The notes under the pieces are model-generated. The model was not told where the DNA came from, did no database searches, and was given only the letters and a program-made list of their open reading frames with translations. This document shows positions 1 through 9,266 of a DNA stretch of 64,000 nt, piece after piece. Position 1 is the first letter of the stretch. The number at the start of each line of letters is the position of its first letter. The DNA lies in contig JAHCIT010000006.1 of assembly GCA_026129095.1 (NCBI GenBank), positions 64,235 to 128,234 of the forward strand. The letters run 5' to 3'. The position numbers were made by a program, and so were the translations under genes. The stretch comes from Deltaproteobacteria bacterium (lineage in GTDB: Bacteria; JAGRBM01; JAHCIT01).

Positions 1-3000
1 ACCGTGACCGGGTTCGTATCGCTGAGGAGAGCGGACGCGCCGGGGTTGTCATGCGTCGCAAGGGTAATCTCGGTCGAACCATCCGATGTCACCAGGTTGT
101 CCGAGGCGTCGAGCACATGAACCGTCACGCCCTGCCCCTCCCCGGCCAGGGCATTGGCGGGCGGAGTCGAGAAGGCGAGTTTCGACGCGGCGCCGTGGGT
201 GATGTTGAACGGATTGGAAACAGCCGGCGTCAGAACGGGAACCGATGTGGCTTCCAGCGTGTATCCCGACCCAACCTTGTCCAGCCGGACACCGGTGAAG
301 GTCACGCCGCCGCCGAAGGCCGTCACGGGGCTCGCGTCCACAATGAAGGCGGAGGAACCGGGGTTGTCATAGATCGCGAGCGAGACGCCCGTCGCGTAGT
401 CGTCGGTCACCAGGTTGTCGTTGATGTCCCAGATTTCGACCGTCACGTTCTGGGTGTCGTCGGCGGTGGTGCTCGACGGGCCGCTCAGGAACACCAGCTT
501 GGCTGCCGCGCCGGGGGTGATATCGAACGGATCGGAGACGGCCACATCCAGAATGCCCGAACTGGCTACCAGAATGTAAAAGATGCCCGTCCGGTCGAGG
601 TTGACGCCGGTAAAGGCCGCCTCGCCCCCCGTGGCGTTCAACGGGTTGACATCTGCTGTCAGCACCGCGCTGCCCGGATTTTCGAAGATGGCGAGGGTGA
701 TGCTGGCCGATGCGTCAGGGCCCGTACTAACCAGATTGCCGAACTGGTCCTCCACGGCAACCGTCATCTCTTGTGTACCGGTGGCGGTCTGGCTCGTGGG
801 CTGCACGGCAAAGGCGAGCCTCGTTGCCGCGCCGTGGGTGATGTCGAACGGATCCGACGTGCCGGGGGTGAGCACGGGGACCGACGTCACTTCCAGCGTG
901 TAGTTCGTACCAGACCTGTCCAGATGCACGTCGCTGAAGGTTGCGATACCGCCGGACACCGTGACCGGGTTGAACTCGACCGTCAGTGTGGAGCTCCCCG
1001 GATTACTGGCGATGGCAAGCGTGACTGACGTTGTGCCGTCGCCAGTCACAAGGTTGTCGCTGGCGTCCTGCACCTGAACCGTCACGGACTGGGTCTGGTC
1101 GGCCGTCCGGCTGACCGGTCCGCTCGTGAACACCAGCTTGGTGGCCGCGCCGGGGGTGATATCGAACGGATCGGAATAGCCGAAGCTGAGCGGCGGGACC
1201 GATGAGACCACCAGTCCATAACTGTCGCCGGTCCTGTTCAGTCTGACGCCGGAGAAAAATGCCGCGCCTGCGGATGCCACCACCGGGTTCTGATCCACGA
1301 ACAGCGTCGATCCGCCCGGGTTGTATTCGAATCCCAGCGTGATGCTGGTGGTGCTGTCCGACACCACAAGGTTGCCGAACCCGTCGATGATGTTCACCCA
1401 GAGGGATTGGGACTGGTCCGCCGTACGGTTCACCGGCTGGGTATCGAACTCCAGCGCAAAGGCAGGAGCATGATTCACCGTCACCGGTGCTGTGACCGAA
1501 TCGGTCAGTCCGCTGGACACCAGCTTCACTGAAATCACTTCGGCGGTTTCATAGGAAATATCGTCAAAATCCACGACGCCGAGGAAAGCCATGCTGGATG
1601 CCGTTCCCAGCAGGGCGTCACTGCCACTCACCAGCACGACATCAACATCGGCCGAGGCGTATGGCCCTGTCGTTACCATATTGCCGTACTGGTCGCGGAT
1701 CTCCCCGGTAAACGTCGTCCACGTCTGCCCCGCTTCCACCGGACTGGCCGGAGCCGGGCTGAATGACACCTGCGTAGCAACCCCGTGCGTGACGTTGAAT
1801 GTTGCCGATACCGCCGGAGTGAGCACCGGGACCGAGGTCACCTCAAGCGTGTACCCCGTGCCCACCTTGTCCAGATGGACACCCGTCAGGTTCACGACGC
1901 CGGAGCTGGCGGTCACCGGGTTGAAGTCGGCACTGAGCACCGACCCGCCCGGATTGTCATAGAGCGCCAGCGTGACGCTCGTCGTGCTGTCGCCGGTCAC
2001 GATGTTGTCGTTGGCATCCTGCACCTGGACCAGAATGTTCTGGCTGTCGTCGGCGGTGACGTTCACCGGTCCGAGAAAGAACGCCAGCTTGGCCGCCAAA
2101 CCCGGCGTGATGTCGAAAGAATCCGAGATCGCGGCAGTCAGGCCGCCTGATGTCGCCCGGAGCGTGTACCCTGTCCCCGCCTTGTTCAGGTTAATGCCGG
2201 TGAACATCGCCACACCCCCGGTGGCGCCGAGCGGGTTACTGTCGGCCGACAGCGTGGCACTCCCCGGATTGTTCCAGATCGCCAGTGTGACGTTCGCCGT
2301 GGCATCCGGGCCGGTATCCACGAGGTTTCCGTACTGGTCACGGACCTCTACCGTGACACCTTGCGTAACCGTGGACGCCTGGGTCACCGGCTGGCCGGTT
2401 ATGGCGAGCTGAGTCGCCGCGCCGTGAGCGATATCGAAACTGTCCGAAATGCCGTCGTTGCTGACGCCATCGGAGGCGCGAAGCTCATAGCCAGCGGCAA
2501 CCGCCGTCACATGAACAGCCGGGAATACCGCGACGCCGTTCACCGGCGCCACTGGGCCGCCACCCGACAGGACTCCGCCGCCCGGATTCGACTGGAACGT
2601 CAGCGTGATGGGATCCGAAGCGGATGTGATGGTGTTGCTGAACTCGTCCTGGACGGTCACTTCAACCGATTGCGGCGAATCGGCGTCACCATTCACCGGC
2701 TGGGCGGTGAATACGAGACTGATGTTCGACGACGGGTTCACGGTAACCGGAACCGCCGATGAGGGAGTAAGGCCTCCCGACGTCACGCGCACCGTGATCG
2801 CCTCGGCCGTGTTGTAGACGACGGCATTAAACGTGGCGACGCCACCCGAAGCGGCTTCGGAGAATGTTCCGCCGAAGGAGCCGGTTCCGGCGACACGCTC
2901 CACCGTCACCGTGGCGCCAGAACCCGTCATGTTGTCGTACTGGTCGAGTATCGAGGCCGAGAACATGGACCAGACCGTGCCTGCCGTCTGGGGACTGGAG

Positions 3001-6000
3001 GGCGGCGTCCCGAACACGACCTTTGCCGGAACGCCGCTGGCATTATCAAACGGGTCGGAGGTGGCAAGGAGCAGATCGGGTAACGAAGTGATGCGAAGCG
3101 TGAAATTGTTACCCATCTTCGTCAGGCGAACGCCAGTGAAGGTCACCGATCCGGCGCTGGCGGTGAGGCCGTTCCCATCCAGCAGCAGCGTCGCACCACC
3201 CGGATTATCCCAGATCGACAGCGTGACCTGGGTGGTATTGTCGCCTGTCACCAGGTTGCCATGCTGGTCATGAATCTCTGCCGTGATCGACTGCGGGGTA
3301 TCGGCATCGGAGTTCACAGGCTGCCCGTTGAATGCGAGCCGGTTCGCCGCGCCGTGGGTGATGTTGAACGCGCTGGAAGTATCGGGTGTCAGCACCGGGA
3401 CCGATGTCACCTGGAGCGTGTAACCCGTGCCCACCTTGTTCAGGTTCACACCCGTGAAGGCTGCAATACCGCTGGCCGCCGTTACCGGGTTCGTCGTCAC
3501 CGACAGCGTTGAACTGCCCGGATTGTTCTGGATCGCCAGCGTCACCTGCGTCGTGCTGTCCCCGATCACGAGATTGTCGCTCGCGTCCCGCACCTCCACC
3601 GTAACCGACTGGGTTCCGTCGGCCGTCTGGTTTGTGGGCTGCACGGTAAAGACCAGCTTGCTCGGCGCGGCCGGAGTAATGTCAAAACTCGCTGAATCGG
3701 CGGTCCGTGGTCCTTGCGTGGCGCGAAGGGTTTTGGTGCCAACCGAATCGATATAGAGGCCGTCTGGGGCAGTCCAGGTGGCGACACCCGCCACTGGCGC
3801 CTTGGCAGCTGTTCCGAACAGCGAGCCCGTTCCGGACTGAAGCGTCAGCGTGATGGTCGCCGTCGAGGCGGTTCCCGTGGTCACCGTATTCCCCGAACCG
3901 TCGCGGACCTCCACCACCGGTGTGAGCGCCACGCCCGCCGATGTCGTCACCGGCTGCGTGGTGAACACCAGTGCAGTTGCCGCTCCGTGAGTTATATTGA
4001 AGGCGCTGGAATCGTCCGGCGTGAGGCCCCCTGCCGACACGCGGAGGACATAGCCCGTACCCGGCCGGTTCAGGTTGACGCCGGTGAAGGTCACCATGCC
4101 GCCGGCTGCATTCTGAGGGTTGCTACTGCCGACGCTGAGCGTGGAACCGCCGGGATTGGTGAGGATCGAAAGCGTGATGCTGGTCGAGGCTCCTGCGCCA
4201 GTGGTGACGAGGTTTCCGTAATCGTCCTTCACCTCGGCATCGACACTGGCCGAGTCGTCGGCGGTCATGTTCGGCACCGACGACGTGAGTTCGAGATAGG
4301 ACGCGGCGCCATGAGTAATGCCGAACGACGGTGAGATCGCATCGGTCTGAAGCCCGTTCGAGGCGCGGAGCGTGTACGTCCCCACGAGATCAATCCGCAC
4401 CACCGGGAAAGTGGCCACTCCGTTCACAGGTGCCACGGGTCCACCGCCCACCAGGAACGCGCCGCCAGTGCCGGTCTCGATGGTCAGCGTGACCGGATCA
4501 GTCGAACTGGTCGCCACGTTGCCGCCAGCGTCGTAAACCGTCACCTCGACGGGCTGCGTATCGTCGGCCGTCACGGTCACCGGATCGCCGGTAAATTCGA
4601 GATAGTCCGGCGCGCCGGGATTCACCGTCACCGGCACGTTCGCGGTCGGCGTAAGCCCGCCGGAAATCGCACGGACCGTGATCGCCTCGGCGGTTCCATA
4701 GGTAATGGTCGTGAACGTGGCCGTGCCGCTCACGGCGGCGACAGCCGTCATGCCGCCAAGCGACGACGACCCGCTCACCAGTTGCAGGGTGACCGTATTG
4801 CCCGCGCCGGTGAGGTTCAGGTGCTGGTCGTAAATGCCGACCGAGAAGGTCGTCCAGGTGGCACTGGCGGCAACCGGGCTCGTGATGGGCGTGATAAACG
4901 CGAGCCGGTCCGGAGCACCGGGGGTGATATTGAACGCATTCGACGTGGCCGGAGTGAACACCGGTACCGAAGTCGCCTGGAGCGTGTATCCCGTGCCCAC
5001 CTTGTCCAGATGCACACCCGTGAAGGCCGCAATACCGCTGGCCGCCGTTACCGGGTTCGTCGTCACCGACAGCGTTGAACTGCCCGGATTGTTCTGGATC
5101 GCCAGCGTCACCTGCGTCGTGCTGTCGCCCGTCACGAGGTTGTCGTTCGCGTCCCAGATCTGGGCCGTCACGTTCTGTGTCCCATCAGCCGTCTGGTTCG
5201 TGGGCTGTCCGGTCACCGCCAACTTCGCCGCGGCACCGTGTGTGATGTTGAACGCATTCGATGTGGCCGGTGACAGCGCCGGGACCGACGTCACTTGGAG
5301 CGTGTAGCCCGTGCCCACCTTGTTCAGGTTCACACCCGTGAAGGCTGCAATACCGCTGGCCGCCGTCACCGGGTTCGTCGTCACCGACAGCGTGGAACTC
5401 CCCGGATTGTTCTGGATCGCCAGCGTCACCTGCGTCGTACTGTCGCCCGTCACCAGGTTGTCGTTCGCGTCCCAGACCTGGGCCGTCACGTTCTGTGTCC
5501 CATCGGCCGTCTGGTTCGCTGGCTGCCCGGTGATCGCCAGCTTCGCCGCGGCACCGGGAGTGATATTGAACGCATTCGATGTGGCCGGTGTCAGCGCCGG
5601 AACCGATGTCACCTGGAGCGTGTAGCCCGTGCCTACCTTGTTCAGGTTGACGCCACTGAAGGCCGCAACGCCGCTGGCCGCCGTCACCGGGTTCGTCGTG
5701 ACCGACAGCGTGGAACTCTCCGGATTGTTCTGGATCGCCAGCGTCACCTGTGTCGTGCTGTCCGACGTGACCGTGTTTCCGTACTGGTCGCGGACCACTG
5801 CCACGACTCCCTGCGCGGCGGTGGATTGCTGGTTGACCGGCTGGGCGGTGAACGCAAGCTGGCTGGCGATGCCGTGAGTGACGTCAAAGGCCCCGGTGGT
5901 GGCCGGTGTAAGCGCCGGGGCCGACGTCGCCTGAAGGGTGTAGCCCGTACCTGTCCGGTCCAGATGAACCGAGGGGAATACCGCCACGCCGGCCGATACC

Positions 6001-7235
6001 GTTACCGGACCGCCGCCCGTGATGACTGATCCGCCGGGGTTGTCCTCGATGCCGAGACTGACCTGGGTCGTATTGTCGGACGCCACCACATTGCCGAACT
6101 GGTCGCGGACCTGAACTGTCACCTGCCGGGTATTGTCGGCCGTCGTTGTCACCGGCTGCTGGGAAACAAAGAGTTGCGTGGCCGCGCCGGGCATACCCGT
6201 GGCGGAGAATATCTTGTTCTGCGTCGCTACCAGCCCCGTAACCGATACCGTGACCGCGTTAGCGCCTGCGACCGTCCCGAGCCGGAGCGTATTCTGTGCC
6301 CGGCCGTTTACATTCGTCGCCTGGGCGGCGGCAGCCTGAAGCAGGCCGCCTCCGGCGGTTACGGCGAAGTTTGCCGTGGCATTGGGTACCACGTTGTTGA
6401 ACTGGTCGCGGACCTCGACCACGAACGGCTGGGCGAGAACCGTGTCCACGGTGCCTGACTGGCTGTTGCCGGAGATTATCGTCAGCGTGGCAGGCACGTC
6501 GGGGTTCGCCTGGGCGGTGAATGTCACCGGAGGCGGCGCGAATGCCCTTGCGGCGACTGAATAGGCGCCAGCAACTGTTCCCAGCGTATAACTGGCCGAT
6601 GCCCGCCCATTGGAATCGGTCGTCTTGATCGTTCCGCCGGCAATGGTCCCGGATGGCGAGGGAGTGAATACGACTTCGGCGCCTTCGACCGGCGTCCCCA
6701 GCGGTCCGGTCACACGGACGACGAGCGGCTGGGAGAGAGCCCGCCCCACGGTGCCGGTTTGCCCGGTGCCGGATTCGATCGTGACAACGGGCACACCAAT
6801 GAACGCGGTGTTGATGGCGATGGTTTCCTCGGCCTTGGTCAGCGTGACGGTTTTCTGGCCGTCGTAGTAGCGGACGTCATTCACGGGCCCCAGCGGGTTC
6901 TTGTCCCGGATGACCACGGCGCGAACAGTGACCGGACTGGCCGTGGGGACGTTGGGAACGCGGAGCACGATTACGTCGTCGGCAGACGGATTGCAGTCGG
7001 CGCCAGCCGCGACATCGCCGGACTGGCACCGCTCGAAACTGGGGCGGTTGACGATCTGCACGTTCTGGAAGCCGGTGGAGGTTGTGGTGAGCCGGACGTA
7101 GAGAACTTCATTGGCCTGGAGCGCGCCGACGGCACTGCCGAGCGACAGGGTGATGCGCGCCTCCGGCGGCGCGGGTTCTTCCGAAAGGCACCCTGGCGCG
7201 GCCAGCATCGCGGCGGCTGCCATCAGTGCCAACAT
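1..7235 (-). CDS. Giant secreted/lipoprotein adhesin-like protein with tandem bacterial Ig-like (Big/invasin-intimin type) domains; 5' part only, the gene continues beyond window position 1
   Basis: The minus-strand frame from ATG at 7235-7233 stays open to position 1. The N-terminus MLALMAAAAMLAAPGCLSEE looks like a signal/lipobox. Downstream are repeated ~100-aa units such as TGQTGTVGRALSQPLVVRVTGPLGTPVEGAEVVFTP...SNGRASASYTLGTVAGAY and AFNITPGAAAKLAITGQPANQTADGTQNVTAQVWDANDNLVTGDSTTQVTLAIQNNPGSSTLSVTTNPVTAASGIAAFTGVNLNKVGTGYTLQVTS. At least four near-identical 318-bp copies start near 3427, 4993, 5311 and 5629 on the + coordinate. All + strand ORFs listed in this region are shadow frames of this gene. 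Confidence 0.8.
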   Translation of the reverse strand, partial: MLALMAAAAMLAAPGCLSEEPAPPEARITLSLGSAVGALQANEVLYVRLTTTSTGFQNVQIVNRPSFERCQSGDVAAGADCNPSADDVIVLRVPNVPTASPVTVRAVVIRDKNPLGPVNDVRYYDGQKTVTLTKAEETIAINTAFIGVPVVTIESGTGQTGTVGRALSQPLVVRVTGPLGTPVEGAEVVFTPSPSGTIAGGTIKTTDSNGRASASYTLGTVAGAYSVAARAFAPPPVTFTAQANPDVPATLTIISGNSQSGTVDTVLAQPFVVEVRDQFNNVVPNATANFAVTAGGGLLQAAAAQATNVNGRAQNTLRLGTVAGANAVTVSVTGLVATQNKIFSATGMPGAATQLFVSQQPVTTTADNTRQVTVQVRDQFGNVVASDNTTQVSLGIEDNPGGSVITGGGPVTVSAGVAVFPSVHLDRTGTGYTLQATSAPALTPATTGAFDVTHGIASQLAFTAQPVNQQSTAAQGVVAVVRDQYGNTVTSDSTTQVTLAIQNNPESSTLSVTTNPVTAASGVAAFSGVNLNKVGTGYTLQVTSVPALTPATSNAFNITPGAAAKLAITGQPANQTADGTQNVTAQVWDANDNLVTGDSTTQVTLAIQNNPGSSTLSVTTNPVTAASGIAAFTGVNLNKVGTGYTLQVTSVPALSPATSNAFNITHGAAAKLAVTGQPTNQTADGTQNVTAQIWDANDNLVTGDSTTQVTLAIQNNPGSSTLSVTTNPVTAASGIAAFTGVHLDKVGTGYTLQATSVPVFTPATSNAFNITPGAPDRLAFITPITSPVAASATWTTFSVGIYDQHLNLTGAGNTVTLQLVSGSSSLGGMTAVAAVSGTATFTTITYGTAEAITVRAISGGLTPTANVPVTVNPGAPDYLEFTGDPVTVTADDTQPVEVTVYDAGGNVATSSTDPVTLTIETGTGGAFLVGGGPVAPVNGVATFPVVRIDLVGTYTLRASNGLQTDAISPSFGITHGAASYLELTSSVPNMTADDSASVDAEVKDDYGNLVTTGAGASTSITLSILTNPGGSTLSVGSSNPQNAAGGMVTFTGVNLNRPGTGYVLRVSAGGLTPDDSSAFNITHGAATALVFTTQPVTTSAGVALTPVVEVRDGSGNTVTTGTASTATITLTLQSGTGSLFGTAAKAPVAGVATWTAPDGLYIDSVGTKTLRATQGPRTADSASFDITPAAPSKLVFTVQPTNQTADGTQSVTVEVRDASDNLVIGDSTTQVTLAIQNNPGSSTLSVTTNPVTAASGIAAFTGVNLNKVGTGYTLQVTSVPVLTPDTSSAFNITHGAANRLAFNGQPVNSDADTPQSITAEIHDQHGNLVTGDNTTQVTLSIWDNPGGATLLLDGNGLTASAGSVTFTGVRLTKMGNNFTLRITSLPDLLLATSDPFDNASGVPAKVVFGTPPSSPQTAGTVWSMFSASILDQYDNMTGSGATVTVERVAGTGSFGGTFSEAASGGVATFNAVVYNTAEAITVRVTSGGLTPSSAVPVTVNPSSNISLVFTAQPVNGDADSPQSVEVTVQDEFSNTITSASDPITLTFQSNPGGGVLSGGGPVAPVNGVAVFPAVHVTAVAAGYELRASDGVSNDGISDSFDIAHGAATQLAITGQPVTQASTVTQGVTVEVRDQYGNLVDTGPDATANVTLAIWNNPGSATLSADSNPLGATGGVAMFTGINLNKAGTGYTLRATSGGLTAAISDSFDITPGLAAKLAFFLGPVNVTADDSQNILVQVQDANDNIVTGDSTTSVTLALYDNPGGSVLSADFNPVTASSGVVNLTGVHLDKVGTGYTLEVTSVPVLTPAVSATFNVTHGVATQVSFSPAPASPVEAGQTWTTFTGEIRDQYGNMVTTGPYASADVDVVLVSGSDALLGTASSMAFLGVVDFDDISYETAEVISVKLVSSGLTDSVTAPVTVNHAPAFALEFDTQPVNRTADQSQSLWVNIIDGFGNLVVSDSTTSITLGFEYNPGGSTLFVDQNPVVASAGAAFFSGVRLNRTGDSYGLVVSSVPPLSFGYSDPFDITPGAATKLVFTSGPVSRTADQTQSVTVQVQDASDNLVTGDGTTSVTLAIASNPGSSTLTVEFNPVTVSGGIATFSDVHLDRSGTNYTLEVTSVPVLTPGTSDPFDITHGAATRLAFAVQPTSQTATGTQEMTVAVEDQFGNLVSTGPDASASITLAIFENPGSAVLTADVNPLNATGGEAAFTGVNLDRTGIFYILVASSGILDVAVSDPFDITPGAAAKLVFLSGPSSTTADDTQNVTVEIWDINDNLVTDDYATGVSLAIYDNPGSSAFIVDASPVTAFGGGVTFTGVRLDKVGSGYTLEATSVPVLTPAVSNPFNITHGAASKLAFSTPPANALAGEGQGVTVHVLDASDNLVTSDGSTEITLATHDNPGASALLSDTNPVT

Positions 7236-7583
7236 CCACCGGCGGTGGAATCTGCTGTATGTGTTCACGTTCGAGGACTCCCCCGGCCTTGCATCACCGC
7301 CTGGCGAATGCACGGCCTCTTTCTCATCTGAAATCGCGTCCGGGAAACAGGCTGACCGGTCAGAAAACGGCGCATCGGGACATCATCGTCACCGATGCCC
7401 GCCACACAACCCGGTTTCAGCCAGACACTCCCCCGTCAAAACAGGATATTTAAAGCATTATAAGTTTACCTTAATGCCCTGCTCACTCAAAGGTCATGGG
7501 TCACATTGCAAACCAAATTTGCTGAATAAATCAGGGGTCTTGTGACCCATGTACACTCGCCGGACCTGGCCCCAAAAGGACTT

Positions 7584-7599
7584 GTGACACCAGTCACTA
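7584..7599. promoter_or_regulatory. CRP/FNR-type palindrome TGTGA-N6-TCACT in the divergent intergenic region between the adhesin gene and the radical SAM gene
   Basis: The sequence tgtgacaccagtcact closely matches the TGTGA-N6-TCACA consensus. Additional TGTGAC-like motifs lie at ~7503 and ~7541 within an AT-richer 530-bp intergenic stretch. Confidence 0.3.
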
Positions 7600-7768
7600 A
7601 TGCAGCCCTCAAACCGCAAAAAACAGGTCGTGCGAACGGGGATGAATAATATTCATATTAGCAGGACCGTTTCATTCTGATATTGCAGATTAAATAGAAT
7701 GTTTCACGCCAAAACTATCCAAAGTGACGTGACACGGCTGCTGGTGCATCGTCCTTGGCCGGGGTAGC

Positions 7769-9250
7769 TTGCCGGTAGTCCTCCCACATGAAACAGGAGC
7801 GCGGCGAAGCGATGCGCCCATGACTGACCGCACAAACCGCAAAATCCTGCTCATAGCCCCGGAAAACACGTTCGGAATCGGGTTTGCCCGGATTCCGAAC
7901 CTGGGAATGGGCTACGCGGCGGCGGCGGCCAGAGCCGCAGGTTTCGGATTCGACTGGCTCGATGCGGCTGAAAAGCCCTTCAGTAGCGGCGACGTGCTAC
8001 GCCAAGTCCAGAACGCCTCGCCGCCCTACACGGCAATCGGGCTGAACGTCTTTACTGCTTCGCTCTCCCCCTCGCGGAACCTCGCGGCGCAACTGGGAAA
8101 AATCCCAGGCATTCCGCCCCTCATCCTTGGCGGTCCGCACCCGACATTTGAGCCGGAAGAGACGTTCAGCGAGATACCCGCCGCCCGCTTCCTGTTCCTG
8201 GGCGAGTGCGAAGAGGGGCTGGGCCCCCTGCTGGACCTTCTCGCCGGTTCACTGGAGCCTTCTGAACCCGAACTGGCAAAAATCCCGAACCTCTGCTGGC
8301 GAGCCCCTGACGGAACGATCCGGAAAAATCCGCGATCGTTTGTCGCCGACCTGGACCGGATCGGCATGCTGCCATGGGACCGGATCCGGCCGGACCGGTA
8401 CCCGCTGGCTCCCAACGGGATATTCTCCAGGCGCAACCGGATCGCGCCGATGATCGCCACCCGCGGCTGCCCGTATACCTGCACCTTCTGCGGCGCACCC
8501 AACAGCATGGGCAAGAAGATCCGCACCCGCTCGCCGGAGCACATGATCGAGGAGATCCGCTGGCTCCAGCGTGACTTCGGCATCCACGAAATCCACTTCA
8601 TGGACGACAACTTCACGCTGGACCGCCGGTTCCTCAGGGCCTTCTGCGAAGCGGTCCTCAGGGCCGGACTCAGGTTCGACTGGGCCTGCCCGAACGGCGT
8701 CCGTCTCGATTCGCTTACCGAAGAAACCCTGCCGCTCATGGAACGGGCTGGCTGCTATTCGTTTGCCGTCGGCATCGAATCGGGCAGCCAGCGGGTGCTC
8801 GACCTGATCGAGAAGAAGCTCACCCTGGAGGAGATCGAGGAGAAAGTGGCTCTTGTCCGCCGCCTGACGGATATTCGCATGACCGGATTTTTCGTCATCG
8901 GGCTTCCGGGCGAAACGGAGGCGGAGGTCAACCAGACGATCGATTTCGCACGGCGGCTGCCAATTCACCGGGCCAACTTCTTCAACTACTCGCCGTTTCC
9001 GGGAAGCCCGATCTATGACCGGCTGAAGGCGGACGGGCGTCTGGACGGTCTCGACCTTTCCAGTCTCTACATACATCGCGTCCAGTATGCGTCCGACGAA
9101 CTGGGACACGACCGCCTGAAAAGACTGCAGCGAAAGGCATATGTGAGTTTCTACGCCCGGCCGGGAGTACTGTGGGGAATCGCCCGCGAGATCAGATCGT
9201 TCAGCCAGGTGGCGACAATCGGACGCCGGGTCGGCCTGCTGGCCGGCTGA
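7769..9250 (+). CDS. B12-binding domain radical SAM protein (class B radical SAM)
   Basis: The CPYTCTFCGAPN stretch is a CxxxCxxC radical SAM cluster motif. The N-terminal segment KILLIAPENTFGIGFARIPNLGMGYAAAAARAAG looks like a cobalamin-binding domain. The ORF is 493 aa. Confidence 0.7.
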   Translation: MPVVLPHETGARRSDAPMTDRTNRKILLIAPENTFGIGFARIPNLGMGYAAAAARAAGFGFDWLDAAEKPFSSGDVLRQVQNASPPYTAIGLNVFTASLSPSRNLAAQLGKIPGIPPLILGGPHPTFEPEETFSEIPAARFLFLGECEEGLGPLLDLLAGSLEPSEPELAKIPNLCWRAPDGTIRKNPRSFVADLDRIGMLPWDRIRPDRYPLAPNGIFSRRNRIAPMIATRGCPYTCTFCGAPNSMGKKIRTRSPEHMIEEIRWLQRDFGIHEIHFMDDNFTLDRRFLRAFCEAVLRAGLRFDWACPNGVRLDSLTEETLPLMERAGCYSFAVGIESGSQRVLDLIEKKLTLEEIEEKVALVRRLTDIRMTGFFVIGLPGETEAEVNQTIDFARRLPIHRANFFNYSPFPGSPIYDRLKADGRLDGLDLSSLYIHRVQYASDELGHDRLKRLQRKAYVSFYARPGVLWGIAREIRSFSQVATIGRRVGLLAG

Positions 9251-9266
9251 AACGGTTTTCCTGCGG

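Noticed and set aside
51-7101. Dozens of + strand ORFs of 60-325 aa overlapping one another across 51-7101, for example 51-1028, 1591-1962, 4834-5307 and 5295-6029
   Set aside because: They are repetitive shadow frames of the single long minus-strand Ig-repeat gene. Their peptide sequences are low-complexity translations such as VTPGS... and repeat with the 318-bp period of the real gene.
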